Part shown: positions 51,542 to 64,000 of the stretch, one piece after another
Position numbering within the stretch: position 1 is the first letter of the stretch
Layout: every line of letters starts with the position of its first letter
Assembly: GCF_964355755.1 (NCBI RefSeq)
Contig: NC_092670.1
Location: forward strand, 10,340,795-10,404,794
Direction: 5' to 3'
Source: Antedon mediterranea
Taxonomy: Eukaryota; Animalia; Echinodermata
Length of the DNA stretch: 64,000 nt
Position numbers and translations under genes: made by a program
Notes under the pieces: generated by a model
Seen by the model: only the letters and a program-made list of their open reading frames with translations
Database searches by the model: none
Told to the model about the DNA's origin: nothing

Positions 51542-52027
51542 TCTGCTGTACTTATTGACACTGCTATACTTATTTACAGTGCTGTACTTATTTGACTGCT
51601 ATACTTATTTGACTGCTATACTTATTTGACTGCTATACTTATTTACACTGCTGTACTTATTTACATTGCTATACTTATTTACACTGCTATACTTATTGAC
51701 ACTGCTGTACTTATTTACACTGCTATACTTATTGACACTGCTGTACTTATTTGACTGCTATACTTATTTACTCTGCTGTACTTATTTACACTGCTATACT
51801 TATTTACACTGCTATACTTATTGACACTGCTGTACTTATTTACACTGCTATACTTATTGACACTGCTATACTTATTTACACTGCTGTACTTATTTACACT
51901 GCTATACTTATTGACACTGCTGTACTTATTTACACTGCTGTACTTATTTACACTGCTGTACTTATTTACACTGCTGTACTTATTTACACTGCTATACTTA
52001 TTGACACTGCTGTACTTATTTACACTG
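51542..52027. repeat. 18-bp minisatellite (ACACTGCT(G/A)TACTTATT(T/G)) in GTDC1 intron 3
   Basis: Tandem units; they generate the spurious ORFs 51751-52032 and 51821-52054. Confidence 0.95.
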
Positions 52028-52107
52028 TCTGAATTTTTACTATTTTGTGCCTAGTTTACCTGGATTTTTTAGTAGTGGTACTTATTCACATTTTTTTCCT
52101 TTTGTAG

Positions 52108-52217
52108 GGAACACGACAAGAATCCTGACCTTTTTTTTAGAACACTTTATAAACTTCTAGATAGTGGGGAAGACTTCAGGATTTCTGTTCTTGGGGAACA
52201 TTACTCAGAAATTCCAG
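52108..52217 (+). CDS. GTDC1: GTDC1/QTMAN coding exon 4
   Basis: TGTAG acceptor; completes HRW-EHDKNPDLFF...ISVLGEHYSEIP; donor G|GTAATT, phase 1. Confidence 0.92.
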
Positions 52218-52319
52218 GTAATTATAAAGTCAGTAGAGGGCAGTGTTAAAAAATATTGTCTGCGATTTAAAGGGGGATTCTGGGTTTAAAATTGCTTTTA
52301 AATATCGTTTATTTATTAA

Positions 52320-55300
52320 AGATGTATTGTCCCCCTGAAAAAACATTTTTTTTCAATATTTTTGTTGAATAGGCCATTTTAATTGCACATAAAAGTTATT
52401 CACTTTGACCTCAATTTGGATTGAAAAAAATAATTTTTTACACGGGAAAATTGCAATTTAATGCAAAAATTAACCAACCGGAAGCTATTTGTCTGGAAGA
52501 CAAATGTGTTCCGGTTTAATTTAACCCTTGACCTGAGTTAGCTCATAAATATTCATATTGTATGGATACGTCATGTGGATGATGATGCTTTCCAAATCAA
52601 CAGCCAACAACGATAGCAATGCATGCGTGCGAGAGAGAGTCGAGTAGTGATGCGAGACGAATCTTGAAGAAAACACGAAAACTATAGCTAGCAGAATGCT
52701 AAGTTAGAATTACAGTTGGTAACTTTGATGTTGAATCTTATTCATTTAGGTGAGTTTTTGTTTCGCTAACAGGAGAGGCCTAGCTAGGCCTAGGCACGAA
52801 TTTGCTGCTACTGTACTACTATTCTACTACTACTACTACTACTACTAGCACTGACCATGGAGTACTGACAGTCTCGAGTAGTCTAACTGCTGCCTACTTC
52901 TGTCTCTAGAAGTAGAGTGTAGTAGGCCTAGGCAGTACACTGCTAGCTAGGGCTACAGTAGACCACCACCAGAAGGGATGTATTTTTGTTTTAATCATGA
53001 TGAATTGGTTTAATTTTTAAAGATTTCAACTATCTATTTGGCAGTGAAAATTAAAAAAAAAGAAAATCTTAATACTGTATTGTTTTGGATGTTTTACTGA
53101 TGCAATATTTTAAAAATATTTTCTGTATCAAATGCAATAGGTTCAAATTAACATTCCGCAAATAAACATTTTATGCAGATATTTTGACACAAATTTCTTT
53201 TTTTTTTTAGGTTGATTGATTGAACAATAAGAGCAAGTAGTGAGAAACATAAAATGTATCGTACAGTGGCAACATTCACAATTTATTGAAACGTTTCTTA
53301 CTAATAAAATGACACTTTGTAATAGATGTGAGCGATCTTAGAAGACTATAGTAATTACTGCCATTAATCAACACATTGATAATTAGTAGACAAATTGACA
53401 CAAACAATACAGGAATTCAATAAGATATACTGTATATATATATTTTATTAACTCCTTTTGAACTGTAATATTTACAGTAACATTATGAAGTGTAAGTAAA
53501 TTTGAAGAATTTATCCTGTGTACTGTTGTAGTAGGTTTTTTTTTATTTATTGAATGTTATGTTTACAAAATAATATACTGTACATACAGTATAATACAAA
53601 AAAAATTATACAATATTTTACAAGCTGGACAAGAACATATTGGCCGAATGCAGCAGGAGAGTCAGAAATATTTTTCCTGCAATATCCAATCATATTCCAA
53701 TACCGAGTATATCATTGTTGTCTTTGGGTGACCTCTGTTCCAGTCTTCATCAGCTCAACGTCTTTAAAAAAAGTAAAAGCAAAGTATGAAAATCTGGAAA
53801 AAATAGATCATGCATATTTAGTGCAAAATTGGGCTAGTGAAATTGCTTACTTTGACATAGTCAAATAAGTATACTACCTTTCTATGGTAATTAAAACACA
53901 TTACTTATAATGTTATAACTTATAAAAAGAGAAAATAAATATTTGACTTACTACAGTACAGAGAACATTTGTTTGTGTTGTAAAATGGCTAAGCTGGCTT
54001 TTCCCCTCTGTCTACTTGTACAGTGCTGCTGGAAGGTTCTCAATTTCAGGCTTGTATTGCAACCATTTTCCCTGAAAAATGTTTGTTTTATTTTTATCAT
54101 AAAAATTAGTTAAACAAGCTTCAACTGTAAATATATATGGTACAGCAAGCTGGCAGTATTTTCGGAATGTAGCTAAGATTGATGGCATATAGCCTAGGCC
54201 AGTCTATGAAGAGTACAATGTATAGGGCCTAGCTGGGCATCTTCTGCAGGGACCCGATTGTCACAGTCTGCTTGCTACTACTACTAGCCTAGTCATATGG
54301 GTGTACATCGTGTTCGGCCGCAAACGGTTTCGGCCGCAATGTTTTGAATGCCCATATAAGGCGCTATGTATGGAGCGCCAACTATGCATCAACTTCCGTT
54401 TGTTCTGCTGGTCTTTTCATTGGGTTATTCCATTCTAAAAATGTGGGTGCATTCTAACGTGATCGATCGAAATTGACCGACATAAAATGTACGGCGTATT
54501 ATCATATTACTTTCTGTGATATAAGTATTATTTAGAATGCTGTGGTGTGGATATATTTGAACCTATTTTAAATGATTTAGATATACGTTTATTATTATAA
54601 TAATAATCTTAAACGGGCAATAAACTTGTACTTGTGTCTTGTACATTTACTCTTGCAGGCCTAATGTGTTCTAATAAAAACAGAAATGACCATTAAATCA
54701 GTTAATAATACATTAAGTATTTTAAAACTCTGGTTATATAGGCCTATTGTATGTCTAATAATTATTGTATACTATCAACAATACTTAAATAAGCCCATGC
54801 CTTCATAAGAAAATAGGAGGAAATAACATTACAGTATTTCGAAATTCCTTTTTTAAAGCGATTTTTTGAAAAATTCATATTTAGTAAGGCTTGAATTATT
54901 TCAGGATTATACAGTTCCACAGTAAAACCTACCAACATTGGATTGCGAAAACTCTGAAAAGGCTACTACTGCTATTGTTTTAAAACAATGAGGGAGTGTC
55001 TTGAATTCCATCTTAGACAATGAAGGTGGTGTAGCATGGTTGTTTTTTATTAACATAACAATGAAATGTGTTACGTTTCGTGTCTTCAATTTGTTGAAGT
55101 GTTATTAACAGCAAAGTTAAATATAAAAATAATGGTGAATTATTTTATGTTTTTAATAATTAGAGGGAAGCTAGCTTGCTTGTTGTATGTGATTAATGGA
55201 GATGTTAATATTAATGTTACATTTTATTATGTTATTTATCCAATATTTACTATTTTTATAAATTGTCACGATTGTTGTAATTCAGTTTGTTAACTGCAAG

Positions 55301-58300
55301 AACAATTTAAATAAATAAAAAACCTTGCTTATTATTGTTGTTGCGTCCGTTTTCACTTACATTTCTTTTCTTAACGTTATGTTAATATAATATGTTCATT
55401 ATTGGTTTTATATTTATTTTACTCTGTACAGTATTTGTAAAAATAAATGTTATTAAGTTGTGGTATACATTACTGATTCTGATTTTCAAATGTACAAATT
55501 ATATGTGGCAAACTTCACCGACATTGATATACAGTAACAACAACGATACATGAAGAAAAACATAATTAAAAGTTAATAATATTTATTTTTAAAGTACACA
55601 CACTCTTTTTCATTATAACTTATAGAAGTGCATATCCTTAAATTAATCTAATGACAGTACTGTATATAACTTGCATTCCTTTCAGTCATTTCATTTTCTT
55701 ATGTCATTATTTATAATTCAATCTTTATACTGTATAAGAAAAAAGAAAGCATGATTTTATGTTCAATATCACAAAATACACATTAAATCTCATTTAATTT
55801 GATTTATAAATAACATTTTGTTGTACTTAGTTAATAATAAAACGTCAGATATTTATGACTGTATAATCTCACATAAAAAAAGTAGGGTAAGTGATCTAAG
55901 TATAACATCGAAACTTTGCTGTATAATGTCTAATTTCATAACGTGATTCACTAGTTATTACAAAAATTAGTAAAAAGACTTAAAAAAGCCAGTTGTTTGT
56001 GTGATTTCATCGTAGTGTTACATGAAAAAGGAAATTTTGTAAATATATAATTTTGTGTGATGCATCGTTATTCATTTTGGTTTGATTTATTACAGTTAGG
56101 CCTCTAAAGTTAAAGTTTAAAAGTATAGTCACCTACAAAAAGCGCAAAGTTTGGCTAAACAATGACCATTATTTTTTAATAACGCTTTTAAGTTAGGCGT
56201 TTACCGTCACACAATACACACACACAAAATTCGGTACATTTAAGGATTCTTTTTTTGTAATCGGTAAAACAATAACCGGAGTGCGCGCATCTTTATAAGA
56301 GAACCTCATTTTAGAGAATATTACTTATTTCTGAATTGCCACCCGATTCTGCTATAGTTTTACAGATAGCACCTGTGGACAGTAGCAGAATCGGGTGGAA
56401 TTGCCATCTGAATTGTTAACTACACTTTTACTGATTATCTACGAACCATGAACGATTGTATTGAATGTCGCGAACCCGTAACGGAACAGCAAGAAGGACC
56501 GTTTTGCGAAGAGTGTCAGAGATGGCAACATCGTCGGTGTGACTCAGGAGTGAAAAGAGGAGCAGCGTACAGGTTAGCCGTCGAAGAGGGTTTTATTGAT
56601 TAGACATACAGTAGAGAATGTGCTCCAGAAAACAACGTCCAACCGGTGCCGCAACTGGAGATTTTTGCAGCCGACCTTGGCGACTTTTTGGAACCAATCG
56701 TTCATAGAAGAAGAGGTACTGAATCTTTACCCTGAACCACAACCAATACCAGTGATGCCTGCTGTTGATGATGACATCGTTACTTATCGGCGATTAGCAG
56801 GAACAACAAAACGTGGGAATGTAAGTTCTTAAAATATTTATAATCTATTCTTTGTAATTTTTTTTTTATTATCGCATTTCTTGTGAAAACCAACTTAACC
56901 TTCTGTTGTTTCAGGACTCGCTTGTAGACAGTCATGGGTACCAATATACAGAGAAGATTGATAAAAGACGGGCAAATACAACATGGAGATGTTTTCTCAG
57001 AAACAAGAATGTGACGTGCAAAGCAACAGTGTTGGAGAAGAATGGAGTTGAAACATTGTGGGATGAGTACCGCGAGGGCCAACGTAGTGTACGTTCTCAA
57101 AATGCTTGCCGCGAGTAAACTTATTACTCGCGATGCGCTGCTCGCGTTGAATAGTGCTAATGTATGTATGTTAGTTAAAAAATTAGTAAAAACTCTTATG
57201 TTAGTAATAAACATTAAATATAATTTTAAACTATTTGCAAAATACGTTAGTTAAGAACTTTTGTAATATAACATGTTATTGCTAGAAATAAAGTCAATTT
57301 TAATGTATGTAAAGAAGTAAGATATTAGTAAAAATCGTATGTTAGTAATAAACATTAAAAAAGATATTGTTTCATTGTTACATTTTAAAATATTTGCAAA
57401 CTATATTACTTATTAGTTAAGTAGTTTTGTAATATAACATGTTATTACTAGTAATAAAGTCAATTTATTTTATTTTTATTTTTTTATTTTATTCATTTCG
57501 GCAATAAACATAAAATAATAATTACAAAAAAAACATAAAAATATATATATACAGTATATATGAAAAACAAGACACGAGGCCGAGGAAAGACAAAAGCATT
57601 AAACAAACGCTGTCACCGGTAAGGTGTGTCTCTCCAACACATAATTTTAATGCATGCTAGTGGTTATATATGAAAAAAACAATTATAAATATAAATGTTA
57701 TATTATATGTTTATTTATAAAATATGGTAGCTAAGTTAATTCGTTCGTAAATTCTCAAACTTATAACATGTCTAAATAAAAATACAGGAATTGATAATAA
57801 ATGTGTTAAGATTGTATATAATAAAATAATTTTCATTTTTCTCTATCTGTGATGAATCTAACTGTATCTGAAAAGAAATCGTAATATATACAATACAAAT
57901 GTAGAGAAAAATCGGTAAAGCAATGCACCCCTATTTTTTTAATGGAATAAGCCACGGACATCGCCAATCTAAACAATGCATTTAATATAAACAATGCAAG
58001 CAAGCCTGGCGTTCCATACTAAATACATGCGGCCGAACTCGTTGGCGGCCGAACACGACGGTATTCGTAATATGCAGCAGCATGTATTAATTATTCTAGG
58101 CCTAGCCCTGAACTGAAAAATTAATTAATTTACCTTCCTGTTATTATTGCGTTATATATATTATTATATTTAAAATAACCGTCTAGGCCTACTTACCGAC
58201 AAATTAACAGCTCAGCTTTACATATTTATACGATCAGGCCAGGGAAACCCACAGTCGAATCGCGTCGATCTCTGGTGGTGTTGTTGTACATACAACGTGC

Positions 58301-58568
58301 ATCGTCCATTGTTAGATCAGATCTCTGCTGTGTGGATGCTCATTAACATATCATGCATATGTATGAGTTAGCTCTACCGGCCTAATTTCTGAGCCGATGA
58401 GTTCGAAAAAATGGTAAACTTATTTTGATTTTTTTATAAGCGAAATCAATATTTTTTTCGGATTTTTTTTCGGTGGAAGTGAATAACTTTATGTTAACTA
58501 CAAAACGGTCTATTCAAAATTTGATTTTTTTCATCTTTATTTTTCATTTTTTGGGGGACAATACATCT
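52320..58568 (-). mobile_element. Kolobok-like non-autonomous element, copy 2 (inverted relative to copy 1), interrupted by a MULE
   Basis: TTAA|AGATGTATTGTCCCC...GGGGACAATACATCT|TTAA; reverse complement of 43131-46223 apart from the two different insertions. Confidence 0.9.
54300..58066 (+). mobile_element. MULE-like element with a decayed 5' part of a PHD-finger plus FLYWCH transposase gene
   Basis: TIR core TCGTGTTCGGCCGC; 8-bp duplication GT(C/A)ATATG. From 56448: MNDCIECREPV...CEECQRWQHRRC (PHD-like, stop near 56600); GT-AG intron 56821-56914; LVDSHGYQYT...TTWRC...CKATV (FLYWCH-like). No DDE domain seen. Confidence 0.82.
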
Positions 58569-60644
58569 TTAAATAAAAAATACAGATATTATAACAATAT
58601 AGACATGTCAGAATGAAGAAGTAATGACGAGAAATTAAAAAAATTAAATTTCATATACATTTTAGGGTAAATTCATGGAAAGTCTGTTTTTCAGCAGCTT
58701 AGGGAAGTCCATTAATATTCATGAGATATTCACAAAATCACGTCATCAGTGGATTCCAAACTTGCGACGTCAAGCTTGTACGTTGTGTTCTCTCTCCCCT
58801 GTCAAACGACGACCACCCGATCATTGTGAAATACATTTTTTTGTAGATTTTCTAAGCTAGGCCTAAAGTGTAATAATAACAGTAGTAGCATATATTTATT
58901 TGACATTTAATGAAATACAAAATTTAGTACAGATTACGGAGTCATAAATTATACTATTTTTATACCTCGAATAGTACAGATCGTATATCGGCTTCACGTA
59001 CTAGGCTAGGCCTGGATAAGCAAGCCTGCGAGCTACAGCGATTTTAATTGTTTTTGCTTATCCTTGCCTCCTTAGATTTTCACCTGTCTTGTTTTTGTTA
59101 CCTTGTTTTAAATGTATTTCAATTTTAAAGGCTAAAATAAAGAATGAACGAATGAATGAAGGCCTAGCCTAAATCATTTTATTCATGGGTGAGAGCCATT
59201 TCTGACTAGGGATTCCATGCCACGATGGCTACGTTAAAACATTGGGGCCATCATTCATGGGCCTAGCTAGCCTATTATTAAACGATTGGCCCATAAATAA
59301 CAAAAGTCAGTGGATTCCAAACCCATCCTATCAACCAAACTCCTAAACAATCTAAACCTAAAACGTTCTACAAAAATCGGCTGTAAATATTGAGGCAAAA
59401 CAAGGTCCGATCGCCGTCCGCACGTATGGTGTCCCGATCGTCTAATAAGTAGGCCTGAAATAGGCCTAGTTTACTCTCCAAAAAAGCGGATACTGCATCA
59501 AGCAAGTAGACCGGTTGTAGGAAGGAGACCTAGCCTATCCGGCCCAGTTAAAAATTGAGCTAGCTAGTGTAGTAGACCCTATGCGAATTGATACTACTAG
59601 GCCTTTTACTATAGGCTACACTTGTTAAAATTAGCAATACTGTACTTATGTTTACAAATATTCCAACTCTCTCATTCGAGCTATATTATCTATACCATTC
59701 CGGTAGGTCGAGTCGACCTTCAATCAAATACTGTACATCGTTCATGTTGTAATTTAGACGGGGTATACTCGACCCGACCAGTTTGGTATTGTATACTGTA
59801 TCTGCTTATCACGTGACGATGCCAGGCATGGGCAGAGAGAGCACGTGTATCGTCTCCTCGCTCTCCTCGCTCAGCAGGAATGTATACGTTACGCTTCATT
59901 GATTTTGAAGGCTTTCCCTAAGTCAGTGCGAAAATCGGCAAACGTAAAGTGCAAACTTATCTAATTTTTCACTGTTTTGATGGATTTTCATAGAAAATTG
60001 ACTTTATAAATGGGAAGACCGACTAAAATTACATCAGATAAGTATAATTTTACAAAATTAATTGATATGGTTAATGATAACGAGTCGTCGGAAGATTGAC
60101 CATTTCACGAATTTCCTATTCTGTAACCATATTGTGATTTTGCCGTAGCTGCACTTGTAATCTGGCCTCATTTCACAGCCTTCGTTCTGCTTCACTGGGC
60201 GCTTATATAAATTGAAACTTTTACCGTTCAAGAGACAAACAAATATATTTTACATTTTTTACTATTAAACCCGGAACCCCTCTTTAAAAACATTAAATAT
60301 CATTTATTTGTACTGCCACTGTTTAACATTCCTAAAGAAGCTAGAATAAATTATGGTATTGTTCAAATTCGATAAAATCAGTAGAGGGCAGTGTTAAAAA
60401 ATATTGTCTGCGATTTAAAAATATTATAAAATATATCATTTATTTGTACTGCCACTGTTTAACATTCCCAAAGAAGCTAGAATAAATCATAGTATTGTTC
60501 AAATTTGATTGAATAGCGACTCTGTTTAGTACGGCGGAACAGCACTAGTCCCTGAATTACACATGTGCACTAGAGATCAGATTGATACGCCCTCATCTTT
60601 CAGTATTTTAATTCACAAAGTGGGATCTACCTGTTTTTATATAG

Positions 60645-60789
60645 ATATTTTCACTGAGGCTTATGAGAGTCTGAAAGATAATATAGTTCATTGGGGTTAT
60701 CAGCAGTCAAAAGAGGACTACTATCAAGTATTGATAGAGGGCGATGTTGCTGTATCAACGGCCAAGCACGAGTTTTACGGTGTTGCAAT
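60645..60789 (+). CDS. GTDC1: GTDC1/QTMAN coding exon 5
   Basis: ATAG acceptor; (D)IFTEAY...IVHWGY...[23 protein letters not shown](M); donor AT|GTGAGT, phase 2. No exon 6 is seen downstream within the window. Confidence 0.93.
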
Positions 60790-62044
60790 GTGAGTAGTTT
60801 TAATTATTGTTTAACAGTTCGATTAGGCCCTCTACAGACACAGAAGCCATGGTCCAGATGCCTATCATAAACGACAGGAGCTGAAATGGACCAGTACATT
60901 GGGGTAACCCCCTAAACTCTACCGTAAGATGTTTTTTTTTAATGTACACAAGGCCCATGGACTCCAGTTTTAAGTTTTTTCCAAGATGTCTTGTTGTAGC
61001 ACCAGAATAATATTCAAGGAGAGCCTGGAACCTGTACTGATGTTATGGCTTTATTTTTTGGCGCCCCTAAACCAAAAGACAAGATCACCTAAAATTTAAG
61101 TATTTAAAGTTTACAATACTTGGTGTTGTATAATATGGAATAGCCACTCTCTAATTTCTTTGCGTTCACCATTATAGCTTTACTCCGATTATAAATTTTG
61201 AAATAGTTACTGGAAGCCTGATGTATATTTATTAGGCGTCATCTACAAATTATTTCAGACCACAGAGACGCGTCTGAAAACTTGCAACCCATCAGACGCG
61301 TCTGTCCAATGCTGAACCTAATTAACGATCTATTATGAATATTCATGAGCTACCCAATTGCGGCGAAGACGCGTCTGTGTGATTAAAACCCGTCTTCGCT
61401 GTTTAGTAGGTAAAACAATAGAAAACGCGTCTGAGTGATTAAAACCCGTCTGTATTGCTTGTATGGTGAAACAACATTGGTATCATTTCACAGAACCAAC
61501 AAATCTGAGACTAGGCCTAGGTTATCCTAATTTGGACGGAAATTCGCCGATGAGACGACATCGGGCCTGTGGACCTCAGCTCATGCAGAGAGAAAGAAAC
61601 TCTAGGCTAGCCTAGTTTCGGCGGCCTACATACTAGCTAGGCCTATAAATTATTTAACGCTCCTACCTTGGGTTAGCGAATTATAAAAACAACGACGCCT
61701 AGGCTAGGATATGAAAAATAAATATATATTCCATATTAAGATAAAACATGAGCAGTTTAGAGCTAGAGAGAGAGTATTATGTTTCATGTCATGTGACACA
61801 AAATCCAGGTACACGATCTTAATTACTGTTTTATCGTCGTCCAGACGGCAGCCGCCAGAGTATCGCCTTTCATGCCATGTGACCAAAAAAACTAGGTCTG
61901 TATTTATTACGGTCTTCTGTCAGCAGTCTTTTTGAGCGACCGACTGAAAACGTTCAGATTCTATATTTAGAATGAATTGTTTACGATCTTTTTTTCTTGG
62001 CATCGTTCTGGATGGACTGGACGTTCGCTATAATATGTTTATTA

Positions 62045-62865
62045 AGCCCCTTTCTCACAGATGTGCCTGCAATATACCGGTACAGTGCTGGCGTCGTGCC
62101 GGTATCGTTACCGGCATATACCCATTCTCATCGGACTATCGTGCCGGAAATATAACCGGTATATACCGGCTTTCTGTGAGAAAGGAGTCGGGCATATTCG
62201 GCCAATAAAAAGTCTCTGACAAAATAATTATTGAGGGCGTCCTTTATTGTTATTATTTTTGTCTAGCGATGATATGGCGGCGAATGTTAAGTTACAGATT
62301 ATTATCTTCCTTTATAGCATATTTATGTAATACATGCTATGTACAGTATATTGTGCATATATTATACAGGTATAGCAATTAATTTGCCGTCATCGGCAAT
62401 CTGTAAAACACCTTAGAAGGCTGTAGGCCTACAATTTACAAGGCGACGAAAGGTCAGGCACCAACAAACAAAGAGCTAATAATGGCCTAGCCTAGCGGCC
62501 TATATAGATTATGCTACAAATTTCTTCTTGTCCCCTTATTTTAAGCAGCTCTCTTATCTCATTATCCCTCCAGTTCCACATTATTATTGTTGAATAGGCG
62601 CCAAAGTGATACACTTGACTGCGCAAGGTGTCAAAGCCTCGACGGGGAACCCCGGAATATAACGGCAATACGTTCTCACAGAATGCCCGTCTGGCATTGC
62701 GGGGAATATCCCTAGAATATTACTAGGTCTAAAGCAGGTCATGTCGATGCCGGCACGGGTGCCGGCATGATGCCAAGACGACCCGTTCTCACAGAAAACC
62801 ATACCGGCATGGTAATGGTATATTCCCGCAATATTCCTGGCACACAACTCTGTGAGAAAGGGGCT
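62045..62865. mobile_element. Harbinger-type non-autonomous element
   Basis: TIR AGCCCCTTTCTCACAGA at both ends, TTA duplication, internal TTCTCACAG and CCGGCA repeats. Confidence 0.88.
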
Positions 62866-63562
62866 TTAGTTGGCCTGTTCGTTGAGGTTCACTTGTGTTG
62901 GATCGCGTGTCTCTACGTTTACATCGTGGGAAATTTATATTTATATTCGCCGTTGAGTAGGTAAAGACTTGTCTCCAAAGCAAGTAAACTCAAAGCTGAA
63001 GAGCCTGCGAAAGCAGTACAACATTGCAAAATACAATAACTCGGGGAGGGAACGAATTAATTGTCCCCATTACGATGTTTTCTGTGCTCTCACAACATCT
63101 CTATCACTAGGGCTAGGCTGTTGAAAGTGAGACGTAAAACTTCCTTTATTGCGACTTTTAATTATCGATCAAATAAATGAATGGCAATTTGGGTAAAAAA
63201 GATGAAATTTAACACGACCACCCAAGAACTTATTGTTAGCAGAAACGGGGTACTAAAAAATACGGTATAAAAAATACCGTATTTTATACCCTATTTTTAT
63301 ACCGTATTTTGAGCAGTTGCAGCAGAAACAGGCCCTTAGAATTATTTCAGTTTGTTTTATTTTTGCTCAGTTACTTTTGTCATTGAAACGTAGTAACATT
63401 CAATAAATATACAACATGGCATATGTTGATATTTAAGGTGCTGCAAGGTCCTAAGCATGAACTCCTAAAGATTGGTGTTCTCTTTATCACTGCCCTCTTG
63501 TAACCGTACTTTCTTTTGTTGCTATAGCAACTGATGCTTTTATTAGAACATTTAGGGGTTAA

Positions 63563-63896
63563 AGATGTATTGTCCCCCTGAAAAAATAATTCTTAACAAA
63601 ATTTTTATTGAATATGCCATTTTAATGTAACATAATAGTTATCGACTTTGACCAAAAATTGGATTGAAAAAAAATGTATTTATCTGAAAAAAACTGTAAT
63701 TTAAAGCAAAGAATGGCCAAATTGACCAGCCAGTGGGTTTTTGGTTGAATTTAACCATTTATTTAATCAATTTGTAGGTGAAAACATTTTTTTTTCTATA
63801 TGGAACTGATTAACCTTTTTAAAACCACAAAATAACATATTCAAAGTCTGATTTAATTAACCTTTTTTTTTCATGTTTTTGGGGGACAATACATCT
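63563..63896. mobile_element. Short MITE derivative of the AGATGTATTGTCCCC Kolobok-like family
   Basis: Same TIR and TTAA flanks as 43131-46223; 334 bp. Confidence 0.88.
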
Positions 63897-64000
63897 TTAA
63901 TAGGTCAAACCCCTTTATGTTTTTTTTTGTTTTAGCTGAAAGTGATTTTTTACACTAATACATTCAAAGCTTTAGATTTAGATCTTAAATTTTGTTTGAT

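Larger units (their letters stand above)
52271..60283. mobile_element. TTAA-specific (Kolobok-like) element; outer layer of the nested stack in GTDC1 intron 4
   Basis: Imperfect 17-bp TIR AGGGGGATTCTGGGTTT / AGAGGGGTTCCGGGTTT with TTAA on both sides; the empty site is preserved in a tandem duplicate at ~60378-60507. Confidence 0.82.

Noticed and set aside
51751-52054. ORFs with TAVLIY / TLLYLF repeats
   Set aside because: Translations of the 18-bp intronic minisatellite.
53554-53868. 104-aa ORF as a host gene
   Set aside because: It lies inside the Kolobok-like repeat and has no recognisable domain.

Overview
AT-rich, repeat-dense genomic DNA from an animal, probably an invertebrate deuterostome such as an echinoderm (inferred from the spliceosomal introns, gene families and AGGCCT/CTAG-rich tracts). 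Host genes: (1) a complete three-coding-exon kisspeptin-receptor-like class A GPCR (32751-37529, +); (2) GTDC1/QTMAN (tRNA-queuosine mannosyltransferase), whose seven coding exons each appear once but out of order, with exons 6-7 at 6402-8983 and exons 1-5 at 48206-60789, all on + and phase-compatible, giving a 406-aa ORF; (3) a terminal fibrinogen-domain (FReD) exon on - with two decayed tandem copies of its 3' end. The rest is mostly mobile DNA: CR1/L2-group LINE fragments, Harbinger, Kolobok-like (TTAA), MULE-like, CMC/EnSpm-like and Helitron non-autonomous elements, MITEs, SINEs and two minisatellites. Two three-level nested transposon stacks surround the 5' half of GTDC1. The out-of-order GTDC1 is the main observation; a large tandem duplication or a mis-assembly is the most parsimonious explanation, and a truly permuted gene is the exciting alternative. 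All family assignments come from reading motifs, termini and target-site duplications by eye, with no database searches.
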